64,000 nucleotides of DNA from Sphyrna mokarran. Taxonomy: Eukaryota. Under the pieces are notes generated by a model that saw only the letters and a program-made list of their open reading frames with translations, searched no databases and was not told the origin of the DNA. The position numbers were made by a program, and so were the translations under genes. Shown here piece after piece: positions 24,671-36,823 of this stretch. Within the stretch, counting starts at the first letter, position 1. Each line of letters opens with the position of its first letter. The DNA lies in NCBI GenBank assembly GCA_024679065.1, contig JAGIQG010000009.1, forward strand, positions 95,728,001 to 95,792,000, written 5' to 3'.

Positions 24671-25334
24671 AACTTTCTCTCTTTCCGACAACAGTCAATC
24701 CGACAGCTCATTTTCCATCATCTCAATGGCATTGCCCCAGGTCTGTCTCCCCGCGGTTACAATCCGGACAACAGCATCAAACCGCCTCAGTTCACCCAGA
24801 ATTTTCCAACTTCAACACGGAATTCACAGAACATCAACAACCTTCCCCTCCCCTCTCCCCCTCTTTTCAGTTGTTGTCTGAATAAACTCAACCGTCGATC
24901 AACCATAGAATCCTTGCAGTGCGGAAGGAGGCCATTCGGCTCCTCGAGTCTGCACCGATTTCCGAAATAGCATTTTGTCCAGCAGCTGAGTTTCTCTCCA
25001 CCAAATTCCCAGCCTCTGACCCACTCTTGCAGCGACAGTGTTTAATTTCTTCTTTTCGAACCTGCTTCTGATATTCCACCAACCAGACATCAACAGCCCA
25101 TTCCTGAAAAACAGCGAGATCCATTTCTTCATCCTGATTCAATAATCTAATCTTTGGTCTCACATCTCCGTGATCTCTCACTATTTGTTCCTTCCTGTCG
25201 ACTTTCTCCCAATCATTCCAATTTCCCTGCTCTGATCGAAGCATCCAATCTCCAAATACTATTTCTTTATGCACCATTATATCTTTCAATTTAACTCTTG
25301 ACTGACCAGCTATTCACTTTTTCAAATCAAGTGC

Positions 25335-25465
25335 AGCACACAGCTCACACACAGAGAGGGACAGTATCAGTACAGGACACAGTTCACACACTGAGAGGGA
25401 CAGTATCAATACAGGACACAGTTCACACACTGAGAGGGACAGTATCAGTACAGGGCACAGCTCAT
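25335..25465. repeat. 39-bp minisatellite remnant (~3 units)
   Basis: Same unit at the paralogous position. Confidence 0.9.
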
Positions 25466-25624
25466 AAATTTCTTCTCATGTTAACTAATTTACTTCTTAT
25501 CCTGTGGCTTTGCCCTCATGTTTATGTTTTATTGCTCACCACAGAAAGAATCTTTCAGTATCAACCCTATCAATCACTCTCAGAATGTAATCTTTCAGTG
25601 AGGTTACCTGAATATTACTAATTC

Positions 25625-27140
25625 CTGGCTTGGCTCACCATCTGTGTGGAATTTACACATTTTCCCCATGTCTGCATGGGTTTTCTCTGGGTGCTCCGGT
25701 TACCTCCCACAAACCAAAGACGTGCAGGTTAGGTTGATTGGCCATACTAAATTGACCATAGATGCATCGGTTAGAGGATTAGGGGGTAAAATATGTACGG
25801 ATATGGGGATAGGGCCTGGGTGGGAATGTGGTTGGTGCAGACTTGGTGGGCTGAAGGGCCTCCTTCTGTACTGTAGAGTTTCTATGACCTCATTTTTCTA
25901 AACTCCATTGAATAAATCCCAACCTGCTCAACTATTCCTCATTAGAAAATCCCGATGCTTCCAAGATTTGGAGAAAGAAACGTCCTCTGTACGTCTGGCT
26001 GGAAAACATCTACACAGGTGTGTTGTTAATAATTGCCTTTATCTTTGTGACAAGAATTCTTTCTCCTGTTCTCCAATCTCTTTGCAACATCAAGGTACCA
26101 TTTGCTTTCCGGATTGCATATTTGAACAGGGCGCTTTGGCAAGTGGTTAGCTTTGTTGCCCCCACAGTGCCAGGGACCAGGGTTCAACTCTAGCCGAGGG
26201 TCACTATCTGTGTGGAGTTTGCACATTCTCCCCATATCCGTGTGAGCTTTGTCTGGGTAATCCAGTTTTTTCCCACTGGTTAGGATTGGCCATGCTAAAT
26301 TGCCCCTTAGAGTCCTAAGATGTATAGGTTTGGGAAATTAACCACATAAATATGTGGGGTTACAGGTATAGGGATTCGGTAAGATGCTCTGTTGGAGAAT
26401 CAGTGGGCTGAATGATCTCTTTCTTCACTGCAGAGATTCTATGATTCGACCTGGAAGAATTTTTGTGTTCCTTGTGGAGTACAGATGGGTCTCTAATTTT
26501 TAATAAGTGTTCTATTTTTCAATCTGTGCTAGCAAAGTTGAAATAGCAGCATCCCTCATGCCACTCCTCCCCTCCAGCAACTCTTTTCTCTGCCATATCC
26601 GAGCAGTTCTAGTGATTTCTAACCATGTGAAATATGAAGCAACATTTCAGGTCAAACACAGGATTGTTGTGCAATGTGCATTCACTGAGCTCACAGATAA
26701 AACTGTCTCACTTCATTACATCTGAATTAATAAGTAAATAAATGTGCCCTAGTTTCAGAAATACCTTTACACATAATCATTCATTTCAAAAAGCATTTCT
26801 GTTTGAAACCTGCAAAGATTACAATAGATCAGAAAGGCTGAGTGTGAAATTAGGGCAGAACGATGCACAGTGGTTAGCACTGCTGCCTCTCAGTGGTAGG
26901 GAACTGGGTTTGATTCCCGGCTTCGGTAACCGTATGGAGTTTGCAGGTTCTCTGCGTGTTTGCCTGGTGCTCTAGTTTCCTCCTACAGTCCAAAAGACAT
27001 GCTGGTTAAGTACATTAGCCTGAATTTTCTCTCAGTGTACCTGAACAGCTGCCGGAGAGTGGTGACTGGGGTATTTTCACAGTAACTTCATTGCATTGTG
27101 AATGTAAACCTACTTGTGACAACTAAATAACTTTAACTTT
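25625..27140 (+). mobile_element. three V-SINE/HE1-type copies (25625-25885, 26135-26445, 26850-27140)
   Basis: Repeated SINE core motifs. Confidence 0.8.
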
Positions 27141-27439
27141 ACTTTAGATTAATGTTGTGCTTGTCTCCAATATCACCAAGAGATGAGATTGCATCTCTTT
27201 GATAAAACATTTTAAAGTAAAAAACAGACTTTGCAAGGATTCCTCGAATCAATACTTTATCTTAAACCTGTGTCTCACAGTCACAACTTACTCTGACTCT
27301 GTTTCTCACTCCATTCTCTCGTTATTACTCCCCTGTACACTAGAGCAAAGTGGGATGTGGTTTCTGAAGGATGGATATGGTTCAATTTAAAGGCCTTTTG
27401 GCAAGCTGGGTTAATCAGAATGACGTCTATACGGGCCAG

Positions 27440-28930
27440 TGTGAATATACAGAAGGCTAAATTGTGCTGGGAAGAGACACAACGTAAGCCCACACTCCAT
27501 CTGCTGTCTTGCAGTCCATTCACTTAACTTGGCCAAATCTCTTTGCAGCTCTCTAATCCTCCACACAGTTGCATTTCACAGAAACTCAGAAAACAGGAAA
27601 AGGAATAGGCCATTCAGCCCATCAAACCTGCTCTGCCATTCATTATGATCATGGCTGATTTTCCAACTCAATCCAGCTTCCCACATATCCTTTGATCCCC
27701 TTTGCCCCAAATGCTACATCTAACTGCTTCATGAAAATATACAATATTTTTTCCCTAACTGCTGTCTACAATAGTGAATTCCATAGGCTTACCAACTCTC
27801 TGGGTGAAGAAATTTCTCCTCATCTCAGTCCTCAATGATTGACCTTGCATCCTCAGATGACAATCCCTGGTCCTGGACCCCCCCATCATTGGGAACATCC
27901 TTTCTGGATCTATCTTGTAGAGGCCTCTTTGAATTTTATAAGGATCTGTGTGATCCTCCTCATTCTTCTAGACCCCAAATGAATACAATCCTAACCAATT
28001 TAATCCTTCCTCATTTCCGCCTAGCTTTGTAGTTACTGCAAGTTTAGATACACTACACAAGTCTTCTTGGCCTGAGTCATGAATGTAGATTGTAAATGGC
28101 TGATTATCCGAGCACTGATCCTAATGACACTCCACTAACCAGAGCCGGACAGCTTGAAACTGGCCCATTTATGCCAAGTCAATATTTTTGTCTATTTGAC
28201 ATCTGGATGTAAATTGCCCCATTGAGTAGATGCAGTATGAGTTCATGAAGGGCAGGTCATATTTAACAAATTTAGTGGAATTCTTTGAGAACATTACGTG
28301 CGCAGGGGACAATGGGGAATTTGTGGATGTGGTGGATCTTAATTCCCAGAAGGCATTTGACAGAGTGCCGCACGAAAGGCTGCTGCATATGATAAAGGTG
28401 CACTGTGTTATGGATAATTATTAGCATGGATGGAGGATTGGTTAACTAACAGAAAACAAAGAGTGGGAGTAAATGGCCTCAAAAATCAGATGGAACAGAT
28501 TTAGGACTGAGTTGAGGAGGAACTTCTTCACCCAAATGGTTGTGAATCTGTGGAATTCCCTGCCCAGTGAAGCAGTTGAGGCTGCTTCATTAAATGTTTT
28601 TAAGGCAAGGATAGATACATTTTTGAACAGTAAAATTAAGAGTACTATTAAGAGTTATAGTTCCAGAAGAGAAAACATTGGAAGATCTCAGTAGGTCTGG
28701 CAGCATCTGTAAGGAGAAAAAAGAGAGTTGATGTTTTGAATGTAGATGATCCTTTGTCAAAGCCCTTTGTCAAACAGTTGTGATGAGCAGGTGGGTAAGT
28801 GGAGCTGAATCCACAAAAACAACAGCCATGATCTTATTGAATGGCAGAGCAAGCTCAAGAGGCCAGATGGCCTATTCCTGCATCCTGTTCTTATGTTCTT
28901 ATTAACCAATCCTCTATTCATGCAAAAATA
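27440..28930. mobile_element. cluster of degenerate CR1 fragments on both strands
   Basis: FMKGRSYLTNLVEFFE, QKAFDRVPHERLL and RRNFFTQMVVNLWNSLP on +; antisense CR1 3' region at 27590-28020. Confidence 0.8.
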
Positions 28931-29290
28931 TTACCCCCAACTCCACAACACTGACAATAGACAATAACGGATCTATATGTAGTAATGCACATTTGAGGAT
29001 AGGGTTTTTAATCTGAAGAAGGGTTGTATCAACTTATTTTTCATTCCAGAAAGTTTAGAATTTGGAGGGGAGACCTTTTTATAATGTTAAAATGATTCAG
29101 TATTCTGGAATCTACATCCAGTCTCTCCACCAATGAAGAATTGGAGCTTTAAAATGTAAGAGTGATAGATTTGTATTGGATAATGATATCTAAGGATATG
29201 GGTTATAGTCAGAAACTGTGGTGATCTAATTGAATGGTTAGCCCAAATGTCCTTCCTTCTGTCCCTGTATCAAACTCCTTTCAGTTCATT

Positions 29291-29566
29291 GAACATAGAA
29301 CAATACAGCACAGAACAGGCCCTTCGGCCTTCGATGTTGTGCCGACCAAAATAAAAAGCAATGCCCCTCCAAACTAAACCATTCCCTTCTCTTCCATATA
29401 CTTATCAATTAACCTCTTAAACGCCACCAAACTTGGCGCATCTACAACAGCTGCAGGCAGGGCATTCCACTCCCTAATCACTCTTTGAGTAAAGAACCTA
29501 CCTCTGATATCCGTCCTATAACTCATACCCCTTAATTTAAAGCTGTGTCCCCTCGTGCTAGCTTTA
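29291..29566 (-). mobile_element. young CR1 3' end
   Basis: Near-identical to the 17716-18025 and 34635-34948 copies. Confidence 0.9.
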
Positions 29567-29604
29567 ACCTCGTGCTAGTTCATTCACTCTGGTCACTGAT
29601 GGAA

Positions 29605-29905
29605 GTCACAATCATAGAAGGAGCCGATTCAGCCCATGGAGTCAGCACCAATCAGAGAACCTTCCCCCTGGCCCTATCACTGTCGCCCTCTGTATTTACC
29701 ATGGCTTATCTCCTGATGCACACATCTTGGGGCACTAAAGAGCAATTTGATATGAGGTATTCATTTAACCCACCCATTTTTGGAGTATGGAGGAAAACTG
29801 GGGCACCCAGAGGAAAACCACATGGAGAATGTGCAAACTCTACAGACACTGACCCAAAGCTAGAGTTGAACCCGAGTACTGTGAGACAGCAGTGCTAACC
29901 ACTGT
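29605..29905 (-). mobile_element. HE1-type SINE directly upstream of the copy B promoter
   Basis: GGAGAATGTGCAAACTC..CAGACA; CAGCAGTGCTAACCACTGTG. Confidence 0.8.
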
Positions 29906-29980
29906 GAGATAAGCAACTACATTTAGCTGGTTGGACAAGTCTCAACATTGAGGAAGTTTCTCAACCTGTTTTTTCACTGT

Positions 29981-30028
29981 TCTGCCGGAGACTGATGACT
30001 CACTGAATCTCTTTATTCTGATTGGCTG
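29981..30028 (+). promoter_or_regulatory. X1-X2-Y module of copy B
   Basis: Same X1/X2 sequence, plus CTGATTGGCT at 30018-30027. Confidence 0.6.
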
Positions 30029-30156
30029 AGTCGTATTTTGTGTCTAATCAGATTGAGGCTCACTGTAAACCGGAAAAGACCGGAGTGAGTTGAGAAAATG
30101 GCTTTTCTTTGAAAAAGAGTTTTCTCCAAATGTTTCCCAACATAAAGGAAGCAGCA

Positions 30157-33100
30157 ATGATTGGACTGATAGTGCTGGTCCTTCTGTGTGGAGAGGTGTC
30201 TGCAGGTGAGTGATGGGGTGTGAGAGGGGCAATGCCAGGCTGGGTACTGGGGTATTAACCCTGGGTCAGTGAGTGATGGGGTGTGAAAGGCGCAATGCCA
30301 GGCTGGGTGGAGGTTTTGCTCTCGGTTTGAAATCAGTGTTTTGGGGTTCATGCCCTGATGTGTGTGTGTGTGTGTGTGTTTGAGGGTGTTGATGATATTT
30401 TGGGGTGTATATCCTGAATTCTCTCTCTATTTCAGGCTGTCACTCTCTCCGGTATTTCCTCATGGGAATGACTCCGATCCTGGATTTGATTGGCTGGTTG
30501 GATGAGGTCATCCAGTGAGACTGGTTCTGATTGGCTGTGCAGGTGAGATCACCCATTGGGACTGTCTCTGATTGGCTGTTTGTGTTTCTGGTCCACAGGG
30601 ATCCATGTCTACCAGCTGGTGACTGGCTGTGACCTGAGGGATAATGGGACTTCAAGGGGATTCACCCAGTACACATGGACAGATGTGATGTTCTCAGCTT
30701 TGACCAGGATCACATGGTGTGGGTGACCCCGGTGCCCTGGGGGGAAATCATCAAAAACAGATGCAACCGACTGACTGACAACATTCAGCGATGGAAACAT
30801 AGAGGTGGAGTGTATCGAGTGGCTGAGAAAATAGCCGGAGTATGGACAGAGAGAATTGAGAGTTGGTGTGTAAGCGGGTTGGGGGGGGGGGGGCAGGGGG
30901 GAGGAGATCGGTGAGTGAGGGAGGGGTGAGAGTCGGTGAGTGGGGGGGTGAGAGTCGGGGAGTGAGGGGGGGGTGAGAGCGGTGAGTGAGGGGGGGGAGT
31001 GAGAGTCGGTGAGTGAGGGAGGGGTGAGAGTCAGTGAGTGAGGGAGGGGTGAGAGTTAGTGTGTGAGGGGAGAGTGAGAGTCGGTGAAGGAGGTGATGCC
31101 GGGACTCTCTATCTCGAGGTTCCTGTACTGACTCCTCTTTCTTTCTCTCTCAGTTGCCCCCCGTCGTGTCCTTTACCCGTCTGGGTGATTCTAACCGGCT
31201 GTCCTGTGCCGTCACCAGCTTTTACCCTCAAGCCATCGAGGTGAATGTGTGCAGAGATGGAGTGGTGATTGGTGAGACTCTGTCCACTGGGATCTTACCC
31301 AATCACGACAGCACCTACCAAATCTGGAAATGGATCGAGTTTGATCCAGAGGACCAGGCCGAGTATTCCTGTCGGCTGGAACACAGCGGGATGAAGGAGA
31401 CACGGGTGGTGATTTACGGTAAGACTGTTTCTCACTGTTAGAGAGGACCCAGCCTCAGACCAGGATCACAGGAGGGAGGGTCAGTGCTGAGCTGTCAGCC
31501 CAGGGCAGCCTGAGGCCTGGGATACAGAGAGAGGGAAATAAATATTAACCTTCAATGCTTAACATATAATGGCCTTTAGAGCAAATTAATTTTAAGTCCA
31601 GGATTTGATATGAAACCTGGGAAACTACAGATTGATTATGCCCAGACTAACCTGGGATATTACAGTATAATGTACTGTATGTATGATTACAGTATTGATT
31701 CACCTGACAAAGAGGTTGAAACACCTTGAACGCTTATGAGTTTACTATCAAATAAATCGGTTGGACTTAAAACTGGTATTGTCAGACATCTTACTGATAT
31801 TATAGTATGGCATAATACAGTGTATCATGGGATATTACAGTAGTGCAGAGCCTGGCATATCATTGGAAAGTATACTATGTCTGAACCTGGGATATTCTGG
31901 AATATTACAATATGGCAGGCCCCAGAGGGTTAGATAGGGTGGACAGTGAGAGACTTTTTCCTCGGATGGTGATGGCTAACACGAGGGGACATAGCTTTAA
32001 ATTAAGGGGTGGTAATTATAGGACGGATGTCAGAGGTAGGTTCTTTACCCAGAAAGTAGTAAGGGCGTGGAATGCTCTGCCTGCAGCAGTTGTGGACTCG
32101 CCAACTTTAAGGGTGTTCAAATGGTCAGTGGATGGACATATGGATAACATTGGAATAGTTTAGATTAGAGGGTCATTAGATGGTTCCAGTGGTTGGCGCA
32201 ACATTGAGGGCCGAAGGGCCTGTACTGTGCTGTAATGTTCTATGTTCTATGTTCAGTGTATCCTTGGATATTACTGCACAATAGAACAAAGTGCATCCTC
32301 AGATGTCACAGTACAACCAAGCCCAGTATAACTTGGTTATTACAGTATAACAGGGCCCAGTGCATCCTGGAAGTTTACTTCAGTCAGATTAAATCAGTTT
32401 CAGAAAAATAATGGAACTCCTTCTATTGGAGAGAATTCATGAAAATCTCGAAATCAAAAAATTAACAATGAAAAGTCAGCATAGATATTGAAATGGAAAA
32501 TCTTGTTTTATTCCACTTTGTGAATTTTTTGAGGATGTAACAGTGTGGAATAGTCAATGATAATGTAATGTATGTAATTTAATATGATTTTCAAATGAAT
32601 CAATAAGGTGATTAATGATCAACTAATGGATAAGGTCAAAGAATATGGAGTCAGGGATAAGTGACAGAATGGATTGCTTGCTGACTTTAAGACAGACAGC
32701 AGACAGTGTGAGTAAAGGGAGTTACTCAGAGTGACAGAATGTGGGAAATGGTGTTCCACAAGGATCAGTGCTGGGATCATCGCTGTTCATATTTTACACT
32801 CACTGATTTGGACATTGGAATCAAAAACACAATTTCTCAATTTGCAGATGGCACCAAATTGGGGGAATTGTTTGATATTGAGGAGAATTGCAGGAAATTA
32901 GTCGGACATTAATAAACTTGTAGAATGGGCAAATATTTATTCAGCACAGATAAACATGAGGTAGTGTTCTGTTATGGATGGATAAGGAGGTCACTTATCA
33001 TGAGAAAGGATAGGATTGAGGAATAAAGGAATCTGGATGTGCAAATACACTAATCAAATAACAGGTTAGACAAGGCCATAAACAAAACAAACAGAAAACC

Positions 33101-33838
33101 AGGTTTTATTTCTTTTGAATTGTACATTACTAATTGCAATTTGTACAAATGTAAATTATTGCTAACCTTTATCAAAATTGGATAGACCACATTTAGGGAT
33201 TGTGTACAGTTCCAGTCACCATTTCATACAAAGGATACAGAGTCAGGGGAGAGAGTGTAGAGAAGATTTACAGAGATGATTCCAGAAATGAGTGGGTGGA
33301 CATCTCAGGAAAGGATTAACAGCTGGGTTTCTGGACTCAGAAAACAGAAGGCTGAAGGTTGATCTAATCGAGGGTTTAAAATTATGAAAGGTTTTCATAG
33401 ACAGGATCTCCTTTTGTGGAAAGATCATAACTCGAGGTTATCAATACAAGATAGTCACCAAGAACCCAGTGAGGAATTCATGAAACCGCTTCACCCAATG
33501 AGTGATGAGAATGTGGAGCTCACAGACACAAGGACTGGCTGAACTGAACAGGATAGCTCAAGGGGAAAATAGACAAGTCACTGAGAAAGAAGGGAATAGA
33601 CAGGTAAGATGATGGAATTAGATGTGGAAAGACGGGATGAGCTTCAGGTGGAAAATTAATACCAGCATCAGCTGGATGGGCCAAAAGGTTTTTTTCTGTG
33701 TCATATATCTTGTGTTTCCTAATTCTTTCTCTCATTCTGATTTCTTTCTTTCTCTTTGATTCATTCTCTCTCCATCACTCTCCATCCTTATGCCCATCAC
33801 TCTCATCATTGTGGCTGTCGTCATCTTCAACAAGAAAG
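30157..33838 (+). pseudogene. MHC class I heavy chain copy B, decayed pseudogene
   Basis: Leader 30157-30205; a1 truncated after 45 nt (30436-30480) by a deletion; a2 30599-30865 with 1-bp and 5-bp deletions and TAG at 30832; a3 31154-31418 with +1 C; only the 3' half of the TM exon (~33795-33838) remains; cytoplasmic exons absent; 3'-flank homology resumes at ~34570. Confidence 0.92.
31925..32254 (+). mobile_element. CR1 3' end inserted in intron 4 of copy B
   Basis: RGLDRVDSERLFP...TRGHSFKL; TTCTATG tail. Confidence 0.88.
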
Positions 33839-34254
33839 GTAGGAATTGGAGGGAAACTAGCAGCTCCTCACTGAGGGGAGGGATTCAGGGAGAGTATTTC
33901 AGAGTGGGGTTGGCTCAGAATGTGGGTCTCAGATTGGTGGGGGAGGGGGAGGGGGAGGTGGGCACAGAATGGGTGGAAGAGCCCCAGAGTAGGGATAGGG
34001 AGGATAAGGCTCTTGCCTCAGAGTGAGACTGAGCGGGGGATTTTCTGGCCACACCCACCCCAGGACCGGAAAATCCCTCCCAAGGTGAACAGACCATTGC
34101 ATTGTCCTCCCCTGCCGTGACAATTTCCATGGCAGTGGGACAGGACAATTCAAGCCTGAGGGTCTCACATAAGTGTGGGAATGAGGGTCTTGAGACAATG
34201 TGAGAGTGAGGATCTTGAGTCGGGGGGAAGTAAGGGTATCGAGTCAGGGTGGGC

Positions 34255-34510
34255 GTGAGGGTCTGTGGTCAGGGCTGGAGTGAGGGTCTGTGGTCAGGGC
34301 TGGAGTGAGGGTCTGTGGTCAGGGCTGGAGTGAGGGTCTGTGGTCAGGGCTGGAGTGAGGGTCTGTGGTCAGGGCTGGAGTGAGGTTCTGTGGTCAGGTC
34401 TGGAGTGAGGTTCTGTGGTCAGGTCTGGAGTGAGGTTCTGTGGTCAGGTCTGGAGTGAGGGTCTATGGTCAGGGCTGGAGTGAGGGTCTATGGTCAAGGC
34501 TGGAGTGAGG
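34255..34510. repeat. 25-bp tandem repeat (~10 copies)
   Basis: GTCTGTGGTCAGGGCTGGAGTGAGG. Confidence 0.92.
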
Positions 34511-34634
34511 AGCTTAGATTGTGAAGGGAGTGAAGAGTTCAGCATTCTGTTGAAGGAACCCAGAATATGCAGAGTTGATCCTTCTAATGTGGATATTCTG
34601 GCTGGATTTAACTGTATAATCTGGTGGATGGGAT

Positions 34635-34948
34635 ATAGAACATAGAACATAGAACAATACAGCACAGAACAGGCCCTTCGGCCTTCGATGTTGTGCCGAC
34701 CAAAATAAAAAGCAATGCCCCTCCTAACTAAACCATTCCCTTCTCTTCCATATACTTATCAATTAACCTCTTAAACGCCACCAAACTTGGCGCATCTACA
34801 ACAGCTGCAGGCAGGGCATTCCACTCCCTAATCACTCTTTGAGTAAAGAACCTACCTCTGATATCCGTCCTATAACTCATACCCCTTAATTTAAAGTTGT
34901 GTCCCCTCGTGCTAGCTTTTTCCATCCTAGGAAAAAGGCTATCACTGT
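34635..34948 (-). mobile_element. young CR1 3' end inserted in the copy B 3' flank
   Basis: Interrupts sequence that is continuous at ~44335-44350. Confidence 0.9.
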
Positions 34949-35254
34949 GACTGTCTCTCACTGTATAGTCACTAAAGAGCAGCTCATCCAATCCAACACT
35001 GAGCTTTGAGACTGGCCTTCTGGAAGCTCCTGTACAGTCTGAGGGTGGAGAGATTGTGGGTATTGAGACATCCAGAAACATCTCACTCTGGACAGCTGCT
35101 GCCAGTTTCTCAATTTCCTGTAGGAAATTGGCATTCCAAACAGTTTTCCCTGAAATTGGTCACTGAGCTGTGTCATTCCCGCAGAATTTAACATCAGTTA
35201 TGTCATGCAATATCTCTGATCTTTATCTGGATGTCTGGAGTGCAGAGTGGATCT

Positions 35255-35462
35255 GACGGGTTTAGCTGGTGTTTGGGGCTCTGATGGGTTTAGCTGGTGT
35301 TTGGGGCTCTGATGGATTTATATGATGTTTGGGGATGTGATGGGTTTAGCTGGTGTTTGGGGCTCTGATGGTTTAGCTGGTGTTTGGGGCTCTGATGGGT
35401 TTAGCTGGTGTTTGGGAGTCTGATGGGTTTAGCTGGTGTTTAGGGCTCTGATGGGTTTAGCT
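35255..35462. repeat. 28-bp VNTR paralog downstream of copy B
   Basis: GGGTTTAGCTGGTGTTTGGGGCTCTGAT x~7. Confidence 0.88.
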
Positions 35463-36415
35463 TACAGATGCTGCATGTGATTTCATTAAGGTGACAGTGA
35501 GTGACAGATTCAAGCTCTAGATAAGGAAATCTGCAAATAGAACTGGGATGTTTTATCAGAGATTGCTCTTTTTGCTGCTGAAAGTTTTAATCTCTTCTAA
35601 TCTGTTCTGTTTACTCTGTGTTGAGTTAGGAATCCATTAACTCACTGCTGATTCATTGCTTTCTCTGTGCGATGACTGGACTGTGGAATGAGGGGATTCA
35701 CTCCCTGGGACAATCCCTGAGGTTCACAAGGGTACCGAGAAAGTGGGACGGAGCTGTTGTACTGAACCCACAGGCTGGGATTGGGAGGAATGAACTGTTA
35801 GGACTCAGGGAGTCTGTGTCTCAGAGACATTTTGATGCTGTGAGAATGTTTGGTTTCTGTTTTTCAAACCCGAATCTGCTCCAGCAAAATTTAACTTTGT
35901 TCTAGTTTCTACAATAAATGAGATTTATTTTTCACCTCCTGCCTCTGTAAAGTCTCCAGTACAAAATTAATGCCACAGGGATAGAGCAACACCACTGTGG
36001 TGAAGGACATTTTAAGACGTAATAGAATGACACTCATTCAATCACACTTGCATTAGTATCCCAGTATCATTTCACAGTAACTTCATTGCAGTCTTAATTT
36101 AAGCTTACTTGTGATACTACTGCATAAACTTAAAATTTAAATTCCTCCACAAAATTCTCAGCCTATGTCCCACTCTAATAGCTATAGTGTTTATATAGTT
36201 GGTCCAGGTCAGTGTCTGGTCAATGGCAATCCCCAGGATGTTCATAGTGGGGGATTCAGTAATAGTAATGCCATTGAATCACAGATAATTAAATGTTTAA
36301 AAGGCGCTAAACCACAATGTCCATTTGCAGAGCCAGTGCAAATAAAATAGGTGAAATAGCTTCCTTCTGCACCATAACAATTCTGGGATTCGAAATGTCA
36401 ATTGAAATGTCAATT

Positions 36416-36722
36416 CTCGGAGGCTATTTCCCATGGCTGAAATGGTCACTACGAGAGGACACGGGTTTAAGATACTGGGGGGCAAGGACAGAGGAGATGT
36501 TAAGGGTAAGATTTTCACTCAGAGGGTGGTGAGTGAATGGAATCGGCTGCCGTCAGTGGTGGTAGAGGCGAACTCGCTGGGGTCTTTTAAGAGACTTCTG
36601 GATGAGTACACGGGATTTAATGGGATTGGGAGTTACAGATAGTTCTATGGCCTGGTAGGTACTGATATGATTGGCACAACTTATGGGCTGAAGGGTCTGT
36701 TTGTGCTGTAGTGTTCTATGTT
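36416..36722 (+). mobile_element. CR1 3' end
   Basis: TRGHGFKILG...FTQRVVSEWNRLP. Confidence 0.85.
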
Positions 36723-36823
36723 AAAGTGAGTCAGGTTCAAAACTAATAGACAACTCTTCCTCAAGTACCGCACGGATCAGTTCTTGGCTCGCAATTGTTC
36801 CCTGTTTATACTGATAACATAGA

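Larger units (their letters stand above)
10800..25470 (+). repeat. segmental duplication unit 1 (class I gene, 3' flank, minisatellite)
   Basis: Colinear with 39430-52900 throughout (same SINEs, solo LTR and unique sequence), apart from copy-specific LINE insertions. Confidence 0.9.

Noticed and set aside
24365-24970. 201-aa ORF and its 257-aa paralog at 51814 as protein genes
   Set aside because: The shared N-terminus reflects DNA identity; the frames diverge at a 1-bp indel, run into SINE tail sequence and have no recognisable domain
31698-31745. Hammerhead ribozyme on + strand in copy B intron 4
   Set aside because: Core mutated (CTGACAA, GAAC); the motifs at ~18200 and ~46260 are likewise broken, so none is called functional
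34028-34080. GGGATTTTC...GAAAATCCC palindrome as NF-kB sites
   Set aside because: More likely a short MITE-like relic inside a pseudogene intron; not present in the paralogs
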